Shown piece by piece: positions 29,921 to 32,000 of a stretch of DNA of 32,000 nt (positions are counted from its first letter, which is position 1; each line of letters begins with the position of its first letter). The translations under genes and the position numbers were made by a program. This DNA comes from Candidatus Saccharimonadota bacterium (GTDB taxonomy: Bacteria; Patescibacteriota; Gracilibacteria; BD1-5; UBA6164). The notes under the pieces are model-generated. The model ran no database searches and had not been told where the DNA came from. It was given only the letters and a program-made list of their open reading frames with translations. The stretch lies in the NCBI GenBank assembly GCA_963677765.1, contig OY782392.1:1-32000 (forward strand). The letters are read 5' to 3'.

Positions 29921-31309
29921 TTATGATAATTCATTTGTTTCTAAGTTTTTTCTTATTAAAGAAAAGTCTTCTGGTTTTTTATCCATATTAATCCAAACTT
30001 CATATCCTCATCCATGAGCTGATTCAACTTCTTCTGCCTTATCAGAATCGAATTTATATTCAAAATCTGTAAAAGTAGTCGTAGCCTTATGAACTCAATG
30101 ATTTAAATTAGTTTTAAAAATCTTTTCAATTTTAGCAGTTGTTATTCATGATGGTGAAACTATTTCAATATCATCTCAAACATTAAATCTATTTTTAACC
30201 TCTACTCTTACAAGTTTATTTACTTCATCATAATCTCTTAAAATTCAAAGAAACGATTTAGTACCAAAACTACCATTTCTTTCATAGAATTGAGCATTAG
30301 CATTAGGATTTCATGCTAGAAAACCTGGTATATATCATCTATTTGCTATTGCAAATAGTTCTTGTGATAATTTTTTAGAATCATATTTTTCTCATCTTTC
30401 AACTGCATCAACTGCTTCTCTATAAGCTAATCAAACAGAAGCTAAATAATTAACTGTTTTATTTCTTCATTCTACCTTGAAACTTATTATTCAAGCATCA
30501 GCTAAATCATCAATATAATCAATAGCACATAAATCTCTAGAATTCATCAAATATGTACCATATTGATCTTCATCTATCTCCATTATATCTCCAGGTCTAT
30601 CTTTTTCCTCTAAATAAAAATTACCAGTTAATTCATCATAATCTTCTGGTCTACCAGTAACTTCTTCTAATTCTGCTTCAGTTCTTTCATCTTTGAAAAC
30701 TTTAAATTCCCATCTACATGAATGACTACATGTACCTTGATTAGGATCTCTATTTGATAAATAATTTGAAATTAGACATCTTCAACTATATGCCATACAA
30801 ATAGCTCAATGTACAAATGCTTCTAATTCCATTTCTGGAACTTGTTCATGAATTTCTTTCATTTCTCTTAATGAAATTTCTCTTGAAAGTATTATTCTTT
30901 TTATACCCAATTTATGCCAAAATTTTGCTTGAGCCCAGTTCGTATTATTAGCTTGTACTGAAAGATGAACTTCAACATCTGGAAATTCAGTTCTAACTAT
31001 ATCAATAAGTCATGGGTCCGACATAATAAATGCATCTGGTCACATGTCTACCATTTTTTTAAATTGAGCCATAAAAGGTTTGATTTTCATATTATGAGCA
31101 TATATATTTGCTGTGAAATATATTTTTTTTCATAAATTATGAGCATAATCTACAGCTTCTTTTAGAGTATCCATAGTAAAAGCATTTGTTCTAGCTCTAA
31201 GAGAAAACATAGGAGCTCCAACATAACATGCGTCAGCTCAATAAGCATATGCAAATTTTAATTTTTCCATATCTCATGCTGGCATTAGTAATTCCAATTT
31301 TTTTGACAT
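29921..31309 (-). CDS. peptidase U32 family protein (YegQ/TrhP/RlhA-like)
   Basis: ATG (complement of 31307-31309) to TAA (complement of 29921-29923), 462 aa. LELLMPAG, ADACYVG and the U32 signature EAFVHGAICMAYSGRCLIS, then QGTCSHSCRW and SFKVEGRNK. Confidence 0.85.
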
Positions 31310-31409
31310 ACTAAAAATATTAATAAATAAAACTAGTTCCTGACTAGCCCTTTTTAGTTTTTCTAAAAAGCTATATCATATTATGAAAAAATAAAAAAAA
31401 TCAAGTTTT

Positions 31410-31437
31410 TGATATAATATAGTTTTTATGTTATAAT
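31410..31437 (+). promoter_or_regulatory. two tandem extended -10 elements upstream of the last gene
   Basis: TGATATAAT (31410-31418) and TGTTATAAT (29 nt further on, 31429-31437). Both match TGnTATAAT. Confidence 0.4.
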
Positions 31438-31474
31438 ATATAAATAAGTAAATAATATAAATAATTTATAATAA

Positions 31475-32000
31475 ATGGGTAATTTTGAAAATAATAATTT
31501 TTGATTTAAAGAAAGTGAATTAAAAAATAATAACTTCAATCCAGAATTAGAAGCTTTTTTAAAAGATAATATTTTAGCAAAAGAAGAAGCTGATATACTA
31601 AATGATATGTTTGAAGAAAATAAAGCATGAATAATACTTGTATCTAAACAAAATCTAAGAAAATTAAGAGAATCAATATGAAGTAACAGTAAAGTTAACT
31701 ATATTAGTTCAAGTGATAAAAATATAATAAACAATATATCTCAAACAGAAAATACAAACTCAAATAAAGATACAGAGCCAAGTTATAATCTGGAACCTAA
31801 AAACAATCATATAGATTCAGAATGATATTTAACAAATGTAACAAAAATAAGATTAGATGAAATAGTTTGACCATCTGAAATGATAAAATTTTCAATAAAA
31901 TTATCTCAAAACAGTTTATATAATAACAATATGGATTGAAATACTTATAATGTTATATGGTGAAAAGATAAAATTTCAGGAAAACAAACTTATATTTTTC
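31475..32000 (+). CDS. hypothetical protein, N-terminal part (3' end outside window)
   Basis: ATG at 31475, open to the window edge with several in-frame TGA. Asn-rich low-complexity sequence; no family recognised. Confidence 0.4.

Noticed and set aside
1-32000. Reading TGA as Trp (table 4, Mollicutes-style), or treating the many in-frame TGA as evidence of massive pseudogenisation
   Set aside because: TGA sits on invariant Gly positions of Walker A loops and other signatures, while TGG is used at Trp positions right next to TGA. Genes read through cleanly to TAA or TAG with conserved motifs on both sides of each TGA.

Overview
Extremely AT-rich bacterial window with almost no long ORFs under the standard code. 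It resolves into about 31 tightly packed genes once TGA is read as glycine (translation table 25, known from Gracilibacteria/BD1-5 and Absconditabacteria/SR1). In-frame TGA codons sit on invariant Gly positions of P-loops and other signatures, and every gene model ends in TAA or TAG. All calls come from my own by-eye retranslation and motif recognition; no searches were run. Content, left to right: an overlapping cell-wall trio (membrane-anchored MurF, a DegT-family aminotransferase, a FemAB-family transferase); an SPFH protein; two tandem EamA/DMT-like permeases; WecB; a secreted coiled-coil protein; an OmpR-type two-component pair; then rpmF, nusB, rnc, yggT, ftsW, a 399-aa N-terminal-only MutS and holA. 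The stand-out locus is 17908-21227. A DtxR-type metalloregulator is divergently transcribed from a four-gene operon: a nicotianamine-synthase-like enzyme, two tandem CooC-class metallochaperone-type ATPases whose Cys-x-Cys motif is reduced to Met-Cys, and a 72-aa CxxCxxxC...CxxC protein. No opine dehydrogenase, histidine racemase, CODH, hydrogenase or urease is nearby. I know of no described system with this combination. The rest holds rhomboid and lgt, a 791-aa secreted M23 peptidase with PG-binding and SLH-like domains, ftsK, a small RhuM-like protein, mscS, a U32 peptidase and a partial hypothetical. I found no rRNA, tRNA, CRISPR array or clear mobile element. Most operons end in A-tract/T-tract hairpins that could terminate in both directions.
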